A stretch of 50,783 nucleotides of DNA, the filler included, from Jimgerdemannia flammicorona (taxonomy: Eukaryota): the NCBI GenBank assembly GCA_003990765.1. It is 2 parts of 2 records of this genome, joined end to end, with 100 filler letters (N's around TTAATTAATTAA, not from the genome) between each part and the next. Parts side by side here need not be neighbours in the genome. Positions count along the whole stretch, not along the records: positions 1 to 25,344 come from RBNJ01000844.1; positions 25,445 to 50,783 come from RBNJ01000845.1. The stretch is one strand, 5' to 3'. The notes under the pieces were generated by a model that saw nothing but the letters and a program-made list of their open reading frames with translations, did not search any database and was not told the DNA's origin. Made by a program: the position numbers and the translations under genes. This document shows, piece after piece, positions 24,775 through 35,229 of the stretch. Within the stretch, counting starts at the first letter, position 1. Each line of letters begins with the position of its first letter.

Positions 24775-25064
24775 CACAACGAAGAGTAACAAATACCACA
24801 CCAATTCATTCGGCAACACCCCCGTACGGGAAACTTACAAAGATGTTCGGGTCTTTTTAAACGAATTGTATTTGGTTTGCGTCTATCATATTGATATATA
24901 ACAAAGCCTGTTTGGAGAAAATGAGCTTGGAGGGAAAGAGACGAGAGAGAGAGAAACTCGAGAGAAGTGTGTTGATGCGTTTGGCCACCGTCGCTCGCTC
25001 GCGTCATCGATCAAGTAAGCATAAAATGAACGTGCGATTTCCTTTCTGTCATAATCGACATCAC

Positions 25065-25284
25065 CTACTCCAAGCAAAACCGAGAGAAGCCAGTGTGGAG
25101 AAAATTGGATGCTCTACGTCCGAACGCAACCAGTCCACCAAATGGCACTTGCTGCTGCATGGTGTTCTTTCCGAGCTTGTGGCTGCCGTGGTCGGGAATG
25201 TCGACAATGTCGCAGTATTGTTCGCCATAAATCCTATTCTTCAATTCACTATAAATGTGGTTTGAATGTTTCGGAGTTGCCATT
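25065..25284 (-). CDS. Possible terminal exon of a gene truncated by the gap
   Basis: On the minus strand, a pyrimidine tract and CTAG acceptor precede a 72-codon open frame. No homology recognised. Confidence 0.2.
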
Positions 25285-25344
25285 CTAGCATCACGGGAAT
25301 TCCCGGGACAAAAATAGGAAGATAGTAAAAAAAAAAAAAAAAAA

Positions 25345-25444
25345 NNNNNNNNNNNNNNNNNNNNNNNNNNNNNNNNNNNNNNNNNNNNTTAATTAATTAA
25401 NNNNNNNNNNNNNNNNNNNNNNNNNNNNNNNNNNNNNNNNNNNN
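25345..25444. other. Assembly gap / synthetic spacer
   Basis: 44 N + TTAATTAATTAA (stops in all six frames) + 44 N = exactly 100 nt, with poly-A runs on both sides. Confidence 0.97.
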
Positions 25445-25515
<71 letters not shown>

Positions 25516-25517
<2 letters not shown>

Positions 25518-25761
25518 GATAATCATATTATCTATAAACCATCATTCATCTTTCTATATCATAGTGGAAGATTTTATTTATCATTTGCTGGAAACTTGCT
25601 GGTATATTATATATTCTAAATAGTATTCATAGGTAGACATATATTCCATCTAAGGTAATGAAGGCTGACTTTTTACTTACTGTTTCTGTAAGATCAATTT
25701 TATAAAATTCTGAGTATAAGTTCAAAGTACTATAATACTGTACTTTATCTTCTAGAGCTAT
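25516..25761 (-). mobile_element. Ty3/gypsy reverse-transcriptase fragment (third copy of the same family)
   Basis: Minus-strand translation gives YYSTLNLYSEFYKIDL..KSAFITLDGIYVYL..PASFQQMINKIF, homologous to the RT at about 32060-32280. Confidence 0.8.
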
Positions 25762-25974
25762 ATTGATATATTTATATCTATTATCTAAGTATATAATATA
25801 TATTTTACATTTTGTTTTATTCTTTATTATTACTTTAAACTTTTTGAATTTCTCCAAGATCTCACTTTTTACTATTAAAGAAGTATACATATACTTTATA
25901 TAATTATTAATAAATATAATAAAATATCTCTTCTCACTATAGGAAGTAGTATATATCAGACTATATATATCTAT

Positions 25975-26475
25975 TATAATATAGTGGATATATAACTAGA
26001 TAAGTATGTCAGATTTCTATATCTTGAAAACTTGATCTTCTTTAACTCTACAGAGTCCTTAGAATGTAGGAGTGGGTGAGTTCAAAGTGTATCTATCCAT
26101 AGACTTACTAGTTCTCTTACTTTCTCTTTACTTTGAACTATTTTAATCTGAGATTTTATTTACTCTAGATACTGGGAATATTTATACAAGTTTGCTAGCT
26201 ATGTATAAGGTAGCTAAGTTATGACTATGTTTTCTGTAAGTTATTTTTTATAAGTGTTACTTCTTGACATCTGTTAAATCTTTGATAATTATCAAAACTT
26301 TAACATCTGTAAAATCTTGACATTTGTGAAGAGTTTAACATTTATAAAAACTTTAATATTTGAGAAATATAGCTACTATTTGTAAGGTTATACTATATTT
26401 GGAAATCAGATTTAAATACTACAATCAAATGTCTTTTCTCTTGATTTATATTCCTAATTTAGATCAACCATCACA
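25975..26475 (-). repeat. 3' LTR of the outer gypsy (501 bp)
   Basis: Ends in CCATCACA (TGTGATGG on the minus strand), matches 38905-39334, and contains six 18-bp repeat units. Confidence 0.9.
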
Positions 26476-26516
26476 ACTTCCTTCTGAATAGGTGATTTAT
26501 CTCTGAAATATCCTAT

Positions 26517-26978
26517 TTACTTAAACTTTTAAGTTTTCATCAGTTGTATCTCCTTATACTGTATAATTTGTATCATTATATTCTTTTAGTAATATCTTTT
26601 AATATATTTAAAGTCTCCTGAAACTACTTCTCAGAAATGGGCTAGAGCTGGCTCATCATCTTTAAACAACTTATTAACTTACTTGATGACTATGATCTGA
26701 GTATTAGAGAGCTAGTACTCTCTAATCTAGTTTTCTTTTTCTATCTCTGACTATGAGTTTAGTAGCTATCTTAACTTAAAGTATTCTTGAAACTCAGTCT
26801 GATTCTGGTAGATCTTAAAATGTGAGATTTGTGACAAATATATCTGGATAATACTCTAGATACTATCAAAGGATTCTTCTATAATTAATGGCTCAGTAGT
26901 ATACTATTGTCTTTCTATGACTAATTATATAGTACTGATAATTCTGAGGGCTGTGGCAGTACTTTATTAATTAGTCAT
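26517..26978 (-). pseudogene. ORF3 of the outer gypsy (unknown protein, disrupted by stops)
   Basis: 462 nt, the same length as the inner ORF3. Reads LSQISHFKIYQ..EFQEYFKLR..KLFKDDEPAL..QIIQYK..KFK*. Confidence 0.8.
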
Positions 26979-28540
26979 AATACTTCTTGAGTCTATTTTA
27001 GTAAATAGTAGTAGAGATGATTATATCTGAGAGTTTTTATAGCCAAAAGGTAGTTTCTTTTATATCTTATATAAGGTAAGATCTTTTCTACTTAGGCTTC
27101 AGTTTTCCTAACTATGAAGCTTTTATTATATTCTAATATGTATATCAGGACTTTGTCTCCTATCTTAATAATCTCCAGAGGCTTGTAAACCTTTTCTGTA
27201 TTATTCTGCTATAGTGTCTGTACCTTAGTTATATAATTCTCAATCTTTTTTCTGATTTAGATTGTCTCTATATTTCTGTATCTATATATTTCTATATCAT
27301 ATCTCTATTTGATGATAAGATTCCTTGAGAACTTTCTTTTCTAAACAATATCTCTCAAGAGATGAAATAAGTACTTTGTGATTAGATATCCTAAAGAGTA
27401 GATAATACTATTAGCAGATAGTGATCTCAGTTTTTATAGTTATTATAAATCTTAGTAATGATATTCTTGAGAGTCTTATTGATTCTTTCTACTTGTCTAT
27501 TTCTCTGAAAGTGATAGGCTGTAGTCTAAATATACTGGATCTTATACTTTTTGTAGAGAATCTCAAAGAACTAGTTCACAAATTCTGTTTCTCTGTCTGT
27601 AGTTACTTGTGCTGGAGTCTTGAATTGGCAGATAATTTCTTTATAGAAGAAATCAGCAATTAACTGTGTATTGACTTCTTTGAGGAGTCCTGCCTCTATC
27701 CATTTTGTAAAAAGGTCTATGATGATAATAATGTATTAGTTTCCAGTTAAAGTCAAGGATAAAGAACCAATTATATCTATTATAATATATATAAGAATAT
27801 TGGTTCTATATATACTGATCTGAGGTTTTGATTTTATTGGTCTTATTTCTATTTTTGATATTTGTTACAGATCTTGACAAATCATCTGATAACTTTCTTC
27901 ATTCCTAGTTATCACATTGTTCTTCTTGCTTTTTTATAGGTATTTATTCCTTCTAGATGGCCAAGTTTATATACTGATTTCATTGTTTTCTCCTTCTTAT
28001 ATTTGGATATAACTAGTAGCTTTTCTTTCTTTAGTATTTCTCCATTGGTCTCAAATTATTTTCATATTCAATTGATAAATATTTGTTTCCATTCTTTCAG
28101 ATATTGAGGTATCTTACACTATCTCAAATAAGTAATAATTCTGTAGTAGAGTTTCTTATTCATAATTGATTTGCTGGTTGGGGGTTTTTCAGAATATCTA
28201 TGAGAGAATATCTACATTGGTATTGATTCTTCCAGAGTAATATATGATAGTTATATTATAAGCTTACAACTTCATAATCTATCTAGTATAGATTCCTTTG
28301 GGTTATCCAGTGGTCAGTAGCTAGATAAGGGCTGAGTGATTTGTCTGAATGATAAAGTATGTATCTCTCTGCAAGATAGTAGTGGAACTTCTCTATGGCC
28401 CAGATAACTACAAGATATTCAAACTTGTAGAATTTATACTCTTTTTCAACTTCTTAGGTTCCTTGGCTGAGATATGTGATAATATATTCTACTTTATCTT
28501 TCTTCTGGACCAGGACTGCTCCTAGTTTTTATACATATAC

Positions 28541-29006
28541 TGTGATGGTACAGCCAAATTTGGAAGAAGGAAATAGGGAATAGACACTTGATCGCACCCA
28601 GTCTCAAAGTAGTATAGCCTTATAGTTAGCAGTCCTTGATTTCAACATTGTCTAAATTCTTAGATATTGTCTAAATTTTTAGACATTATCCAAATCAAAT
28701 GTCCCGATTTAGTATAGCATTTAGACATTCTCTAAATATTTCAACAAAGTCCAAATGGCTCATCTATTACTTAGCCACCCTCTCATAGCTAGCAAACTTG
28801 TATAAATAACCCAGTATCTTAGAGTGAATAAACCTCAGATCGAAAGTGTTAGAAAAAGAACAAGTATACTGATAAAAGGACCTTTGGGATTATCTCTTTA
28901 AACACATTTGGCCTCAAGGAACTACTGACTCTGGGAGTCAAGAAGACAAGAATTCAAGATAAAGAAATCCAATGTACTTGCCTATCTTAGCATCTACTAC
29001 ATTACA
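28541..29006 (+). repeat. 5' LTR of the inner gypsy
   Basis: TGTGATGG...ATTACA, with TATAAATA and AATAAA inside. About 94% identical to the 3' LTR by eye. Confidence 0.95.
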
Positions 29007-29105
29007 ACTTAGTGCCCATTGGCTGGTGATTCAAGATGAATCTCTCACTTTCAAGCTGAACAACGAACAACTACAACAAGAACCCATACAACACAATCAG
29101 ACAAA

Positions 29106-32100
29106 ATGGACATAAGACTACCCATATTCCATAGATACACCTCTGATGAATCATTTATCACCTTCATCGACAATTTCAAGCAGTATGCTGCCATAAGGAC
29201 CTTAAGTGCAGTACAACAAGCAGCTCTACTCCCTGTAAGCCTCAGAGGCCTAGCAAGAACTATATTCACTATAGCTAATATTGCGGGAAATGATGATCCA
29301 GCAAGACTCCTAGCTTTCAAGACCTGGCTCTGAGCAACCTATTATACAGATGAAATCAAACAAGTACTCAAGGATCAACTGAATACTATCTGCCAAGGAA
29401 TGTCTGAAGACCCAAACACATTCTATACAAGAATCCGACATCAAATAGTCCTTGCTGACTATCCCGATGCAGTTCAAGACCAAGTGGCCGAGAATATCTT
29501 CATGAAAGGCATTCATCAAGAAATCACTTTAGCTATCTGATCTACCCCAATGGCTCTGGACCTGGGCCAGAAGGTTACCTATGCCCAAAGATACTAGACT
29601 GCCAGACACCCTCAAGGCCATACAATAGAAAGAATAACAGGAGTAAAAATTGAACAAGTACCAAGGGTCACCAATATAGTCCCAGCTACCATAGTCAACC
29701 GAAATACTCAATGACAACCACAAGAACAGAGAAGAGTTGACCCAATGGAGGAACTGGCCAAACAGTTCGTAGAAATGACTGCACACCTCAGTAATATAGT
29801 CAAAGAGTTCAAGAAGAAGCCAGTACAGAAGTTTGTCACTACAAATGCAAGACGATCAATAACATGCTACAATTGTGGAGAAGAAGGCCACTATGCCTCT
29901 GAATGTATGACAGAAACCAAGTGAAAGACCAATCTAAGCAATGCAATCAGAAACTGTGAGCAGGCAAATACTATCACCTTTGAGGAGATTGGAGAATCTG
30001 AGGAAGAGAGGAAAGAATGGGAAGCTTACCCTGCCACCTCAAGCAAGAAGGATGTCCAATCCAGTCCCTACAAAAGATCTCTAGGCAGACCTCCTAAGAA
30101 GGCCCAGATACAAACAAGACAACCAGAAACAGTCATCGAAAAAGAGAACCAGCAGAGTGAAGCTGATCAAGATATAGAGCTGGAACAAGATGCTGAACTT
30201 GAATGAGCGGTAGAAGATATCTTCAGAAACACCACCCTATCAAGTGAAGGGAAGAAGGAGCAGAAATTGCGTAAGAGCAAGACCTTCAAATATGATATCT
30301 TCAAGGACCTCAAGGACCAAAAAGTCAATGCAATCTTTGGCCAACTAGCAGAAATCCCAACCTTCAGACAACAAATGAGGACAGGAATCTCAGATATTGG
30401 CAAAGACCAAGGTTGGAAAATAATTGAAGCCAATAATGCACAAGAAGATTCAGATGAAAAGAGTGAAGATAATCGGAAAACATCAGTCTATGCTATCTGC
30501 CAGATCGAGGATCGAGTCTTTGAAGCCATTATTGATATGGAAGCAGGGGGATATCTCATTACCAAGAAAGCAGTAGACCACCTAGGCTGGGAGATAGAAG
30601 AAGCCACCAAACTGGTATTCATTACAGCTGATGGAACATGAGCAACACCCTTGGGAAAGATCCGAGATGTACCAATCAAGTTCAGAGAGGCCACTATCCC
30701 TGTGGATGTCATCGTCATCAATGCAACCAACTATGATATCCTCATCAGCAATCAATGGCTTCATAAAGCCAAGGCAATAATTGACCTCAGTGCACAGAAG
30801 ATATAGATCATCTACTGGGGAAAGAAGATCAGAATTATCATCAATATCCACAAAGGAGTCTACCCCGAGATGGAGGAAGATCAAGAAGAAGAAGCCTATA
30901 TGGTTACTACAAAGAAAGGAAAAGGCAAGCAATTGACAGAGGAAGAATGGTATATAAGAATTACAGATGGATATGCCCCACTAGGAAGGTGCCCCTATGG
31001 TGAAAGAATATACTGTGTCCAGCACTTGGATTGCTACTACTCTTGTATCATTGAGGTGAAGAAGATCACCAATAAGCCAAAGAAGAACTAGGAGGAACTA
31101 GAAGATGGACCACCAGAGTTATTGGATGATAGTGATGATGAGGATAAAGATATCACAGTCAAGATATAAAGGATTCACCCTGATACAGTCACACCACAGT
31201 ACAAGTTAGAGAATACAGCTAGAATGGACCTATCTACTACTACATACACAATACTCAAACCACAGACTACTACTATTCTAGGAACAGGAATTGAAGTAAC
31301 CATCCCACCAAACCATGTTGGAATCCTCAAGACAAGGAATAGCCTAGTGAAAAGCAAAATATCTATAGAAGGAGGAGTTATTGATTCAAATTATACTGGA
31401 GAAATCCTTCTCCTTGCCAGGAACCACAACCCAATAATCCCATTTGAAGTAAGGAAGAAGGATCGGCTGGCACAAATGCTCATCCTACTTGTCCTTAATC
31501 CAAGAATCAAGGAGGTTGCAAACATCAGACAAACTCAGTGAGGGAGAGCTGGATTCAGCTCTATAGGAAGAGGAGTCCTCGCAGTAACTAAGATCACCAA
31601 ATTGGAGTACAAGATGGAGGAAAGCCAAGACAAACACACCTATACAATCAGAAGAAACTTCCCCCTCAGAGAAGAATTGTAGAGCCTCTTGCATATATTC
31701 GAGGATGTACTGGCCATGGATTTCAAGGACATCAAGACCAAGAAACCCTTGTATTATTATAATATCAATACTGAAGATACAAAGCCAATCTATCAGAAGG
31801 CCCGCCCCATTTCACCAGCATACAGAGAATAGCTCAATACAGAGATCAAGGAAATGGAGGAATCTGGTATCATTGAAGAAGCCATCAGCCCTTGGTTCTC
31901 TCCCATCATCCTTGCATCAAAGAAAGAAAGCCAACCAGGAGAATTTACACCAAGACTCTGCACAGACTATAGAAGACTCAACGAGGTCACAGAGAAGGAC
32001 AGACAACCATTGCCAAATATTGGTGATATTCTTATCATACTGGGGAATAAATCATGATTCTACATCACTCTGGATCTGTTCTCAGGATTCTACCAAATTG

Positions 32101-33089
32101 GCCTTACACCTGAAGCCAGCAAAATATCAGCCTTCATCACCCCTGATGGAATCTATGTCTATCTCTGCATGTCCTTTGAAATGTGCAATGCACCAGCAAG
32201 CTTCCAGTGAATGATAAACAGCATCTTCAGAGATGTTATGGAAAAATAGATGATGGTATATGTAGATGATGTGATTATCTTCAGCCAAACAGCCAAAGAG
32301 CACTTGGAACATATTGAGGAAATCCTCAGAAGACTTCACAAATATGGTCTCTACATCAAGCCCAAGAAATGTAAGTTCAGAGAAGAAGAGATTGCATACC
32401 TTAGACACATTATCAACTGTGAAGGAACATACACAGACCCCACAAAGATCAAAGCAGTAGTAGTATACTCAGTACCTACCAGCATCATGGAAGCCCGAGC
32501 CTTCATGAGACTTGCATCCTACTACAGAAGATTTATTAGAAGATTCTCCCACATTGCCAGCCCTATCTATAATCTGTTCAGAAAAGAGGTTAAGTTTCAG
32601 TGAACTCAGCAGCAGCAACTAGCCTTCAATGAGCTCAAGACCAGATTGACCCAGGCCCCAATCTTGAGAAGACCTGACTGGACTCAGGAGTTTATTCTGC
32701 AAACAGATGCCAGTGTAATAGGAATTGGAGCTGTCCTTGCACAAAAGAAAAATGGTGCCAAATATATGGTAGCCTATCTCAGCCAAGGTACTTGTGGGGC
32801 AGAGCAGTCCTATGAGTCTTATAAGCTGGAATGCCTTGCAGTCATCTGGGCTGTAGAGAAGTTCCACTACTACCTAGCTAGAAGACACTTCACCATTCAG
32901 ACAGACTACTCAGCACTCACCTGATTGCTCACCACCAGCGAGCCCAAAGGAATCTATGCTCGATGGATTATGAAGCTGCAAGCATACGATGCCACAATCA
33001 CCCACTACCCTAGAAGAACCAACACCAATGCTGACGCCCTCTCATAGATACCCCAAAGGACCCCACTCTCACAAAATCACCATGAATAA
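29106..33089 (+). pseudogene. Gypsy ORF1: gag-protease-dUTPase-RT-RNase H in one frame, many premature stops, no net frameshift
   Basis: Zn knuckle CYNCGEEGHYASEC; PR AIIDMEAG (decayed DTGAG); RT PRLCTDYRRLN, LDLFSGFYQI, YVDDVII; RH LQTDAS, ECLAVIWA, TDYSAL, NADALS. ORF-track pieces at 29106, 30267, 30870, 31224, 31854, 32250 and 32646 are all in the same frame. Confidence 0.93.
31161..31568 (+). pseudogene. dut: Trimeric dUTPase domain inside pol, between PR and RT
   Basis: All five motifs are recognisable though decayed: ARMDL, TRNSL, EGGVIDSNYTGEI, DRLAQML and (R)GRAGFSSIG. Confidence 0.92.
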
Positions 33090-34275
33090 GGAGCTGTACT
33101 ACAGAATCATCAGCTACCTGGGGCAGCAAAAGATGCCCCTGCATCTGGAAGAATGGACAAAAACAATTATTAATCGGACATGGAAACAATTTGAAACTGA
33201 TGGAGAAATACTCAAGAAAGGACAACAATTAGTCATCCCCAAGCACCAGAAGAATCAAGTGATGAAAGAAGTACATAAACAGAGTCATATAGGAGGAACA
33301 AATACATATGACAAAGCAAGAAGAACCATGTGGTGGCCCAGAATGGAAGAAGATATCAAACAATTTGTCAGAACCTGTGACAAATGCCAGAAACAGAAAT
33401 AAGACCAACAGGATCAAGCCTCTGGATCAGCAGACATTGAACCAATACCATTTGCCCACATTGTAATGGATGTAATTGGCCCTCTACCCCTAATATTGAC
33501 TGGCAACTGATATGTCATTATAATAGTGAATCTATTTACAAAATGGGTAGAGGCCAGACCCCTCAAGGAAGCCAATACACAGTCAATTGCTGATTTCTTT
33601 CATAGAGAAATCATCTGCCAATTCAAGACCCCAAAGCAAGTTACTACAGACAGAGGAACAGAATTCGTCAACCAGTTCCATGAGGTTCTTTACAAGAAGT
33701 ATAAGATCTAACACATCAAGACCACAGCCTATCACCCACAAGAAAATGGACAAGCAGAAAGAACCAACAAGACTCTCAAGAACATCATTGCTAAGATCTG
33801 TAATGAATATGGAAACTGGGACCACTATCTACCAATAGCATTATCCACTCTGTGGGATATATGATCACAAAGCACCCATTTTATACTATGAGAAATGCTA
33901 TTCAGTGAAGAAGGTTCTGGTGGAAGTTTGTCAGCAGGTAATGATGCAATCTGGAAGCATGTGGACACAGAGATATGGAGATTACATCAAATTAGAAAAA
34001 AGGCAGAGGATTATATAATCAAGGCACAGGCACTATAACAGAATAATGCAGAAAAAACCCACAAGCCCCTGGAGATTATCAAGATAGGAGATGAAGTCCT
34101 AGTATATTGGAATATGGTAGAAGCTTCTTGGTCACGAAAACTGGAGCCCAAGTGGGAAGGACCTTATCTGGTACAAGATATAAAAGGGACTACTTTCCAG
34201 CTATGAAAGTCCTCAGGCACAATAATTCTCACCACCATTCATTGAAACTGACTCAAGAAGTACCATGGCCAATAA
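33082..34275 (+). pseudogene. Gypsy ORF2: integrase (HHCC, DDE, GPY; no chromodomain), in the +1 frame relative to ORF1
   Basis: MNKELYY...VHKQSHIG...CDKCQ...MDVIGP...TDRGTEF...ENGQAERTN...KLEPKWEGPY...KKYHGQ*. Confidence 0.9.
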
Positions 34276-34726
34276 CCGAAGCACTGCGATGGCACTCAAG
34301 ATCACTAGTGCTGCCCAAAGAGCCATTGAAAGACAATGGCACACCACCGAGCCTCCGACCATAGAGGCATACTATGAGGATATTTAGAGTATTGTGCAGA
34401 CTCATCTCTCTCAGATCTCACACTTTAGAGCCTATCAATATTGGGCAGAATTCCAAGAGTACTTCAAGCTTAGACAGGTACTCAATCAGGATCCAGCAAA
34501 GACCAAAGAGGACTGGATTGCTGAGTGTCAACTCTCCCACTCACAGATCACTATTGTCAAAAGGATCCACAAGTTATTTCAAGAAGATGAACCAGCAATA
34601 GACCACCTGAGAGGAGTAATCCCCACTGACTTCGAGAAAGTAAGAAGACATTATTGGGAAACAGTCATGCAGCAAATTGTACAGTATAAGACCATACAGA
34701 CAGTTGAAGCCTGGGAGTTTAAATAG
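34265..34726 (+). pseudogene. Gypsy ORF3: 153-codon protein of unknown function (one internal TAG)
   Basis: The ACCATGG start overlaps the end of the integrase. Reads MANNRSTAMALKITSAAQRAIERQWH...EFQEYFKLRQ...EAWEFK*. Conserved in the outer copy. Confidence 0.8.
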
Positions 34727-34763
34727 ATGCCTCAGGGATAAGACCATCTATTCAGGAGGAAGT

Positions 34764-35229
34764 TATAATGGTACAGCCAAATTTGGAAGAAGGAAATAGG
34801 GAATAGACACTTGATCACACCCAGTCCCAAAGTAGTATAGCCTTATAGTTAGCAGTCCTCGATTTTAACATTGTCTAAATTCTTAGACATTGTCTAAATT
34901 TTTAGACATTATCCAAATTGAACGTCCCAATTTAGTATAGCATTTAGACATTGTCCAAATATTTCGACAAAGTCCAAATAGCTCATCTATTACTTAGCCA
35001 CTCTCTCATAGCTAGTAAACTTGTATAAATAACCCAGTATCTTGGAGTAAATAAACCTCAGATCGAAAGTGTCAGAAAAAGAACAAGTATACTGATAAAA
35101 GAACCTTCAGGATTACCTCTTTAAACACATTTGGCCTCAAGGAACTACTGACTCTGGGAGTCAAGAAGACAAGAATTCAAGATAAAGAAATCTGATGTAC
35201 TTGCCCATCTTAGCGTCCACTATATTACA
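34764..35229 (+). repeat. 3' LTR of the inner gypsy
   Basis: TATAATGG (from TGTGATGG)...ATTACA, 466 bp. Confidence 0.95.

Larger units (their letters stand above)
28541..35229 (+). mobile_element. Ty3/gypsy LTR retrotransposon, inner (younger) full-length copy, 6689 bp
   Basis: 466-bp LTRs at 28541-29006 and 34764-35229 (TG...CA). TSD ATAC at 28537-28540 and 35230-35233. PPT AGGAGGAAG precedes the 3' LTR. Inserted antisense into the RNase H of the outer element. Confidence 0.97.

Noticed and set aside
25389..25400. TTAATTAATTAA palindrome
   Set aside because: Synthetic six-frame stop linker embedded in Ns.
34385..34387. TAG at the same ORF3 codon in both elements, considered as programmed readthrough
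   Set aside because: More simply explained by parallel C->T/G->A decay of CGG, CAG or TGG, given the mutation spectrum. A family consensus is needed to settle it.
34265..34726. ORF3 as an env gene or chromodomain
   Set aside because: No signal peptide, TM helix or furin/fusion motif, and no chromodomain YLVKW-type pattern.
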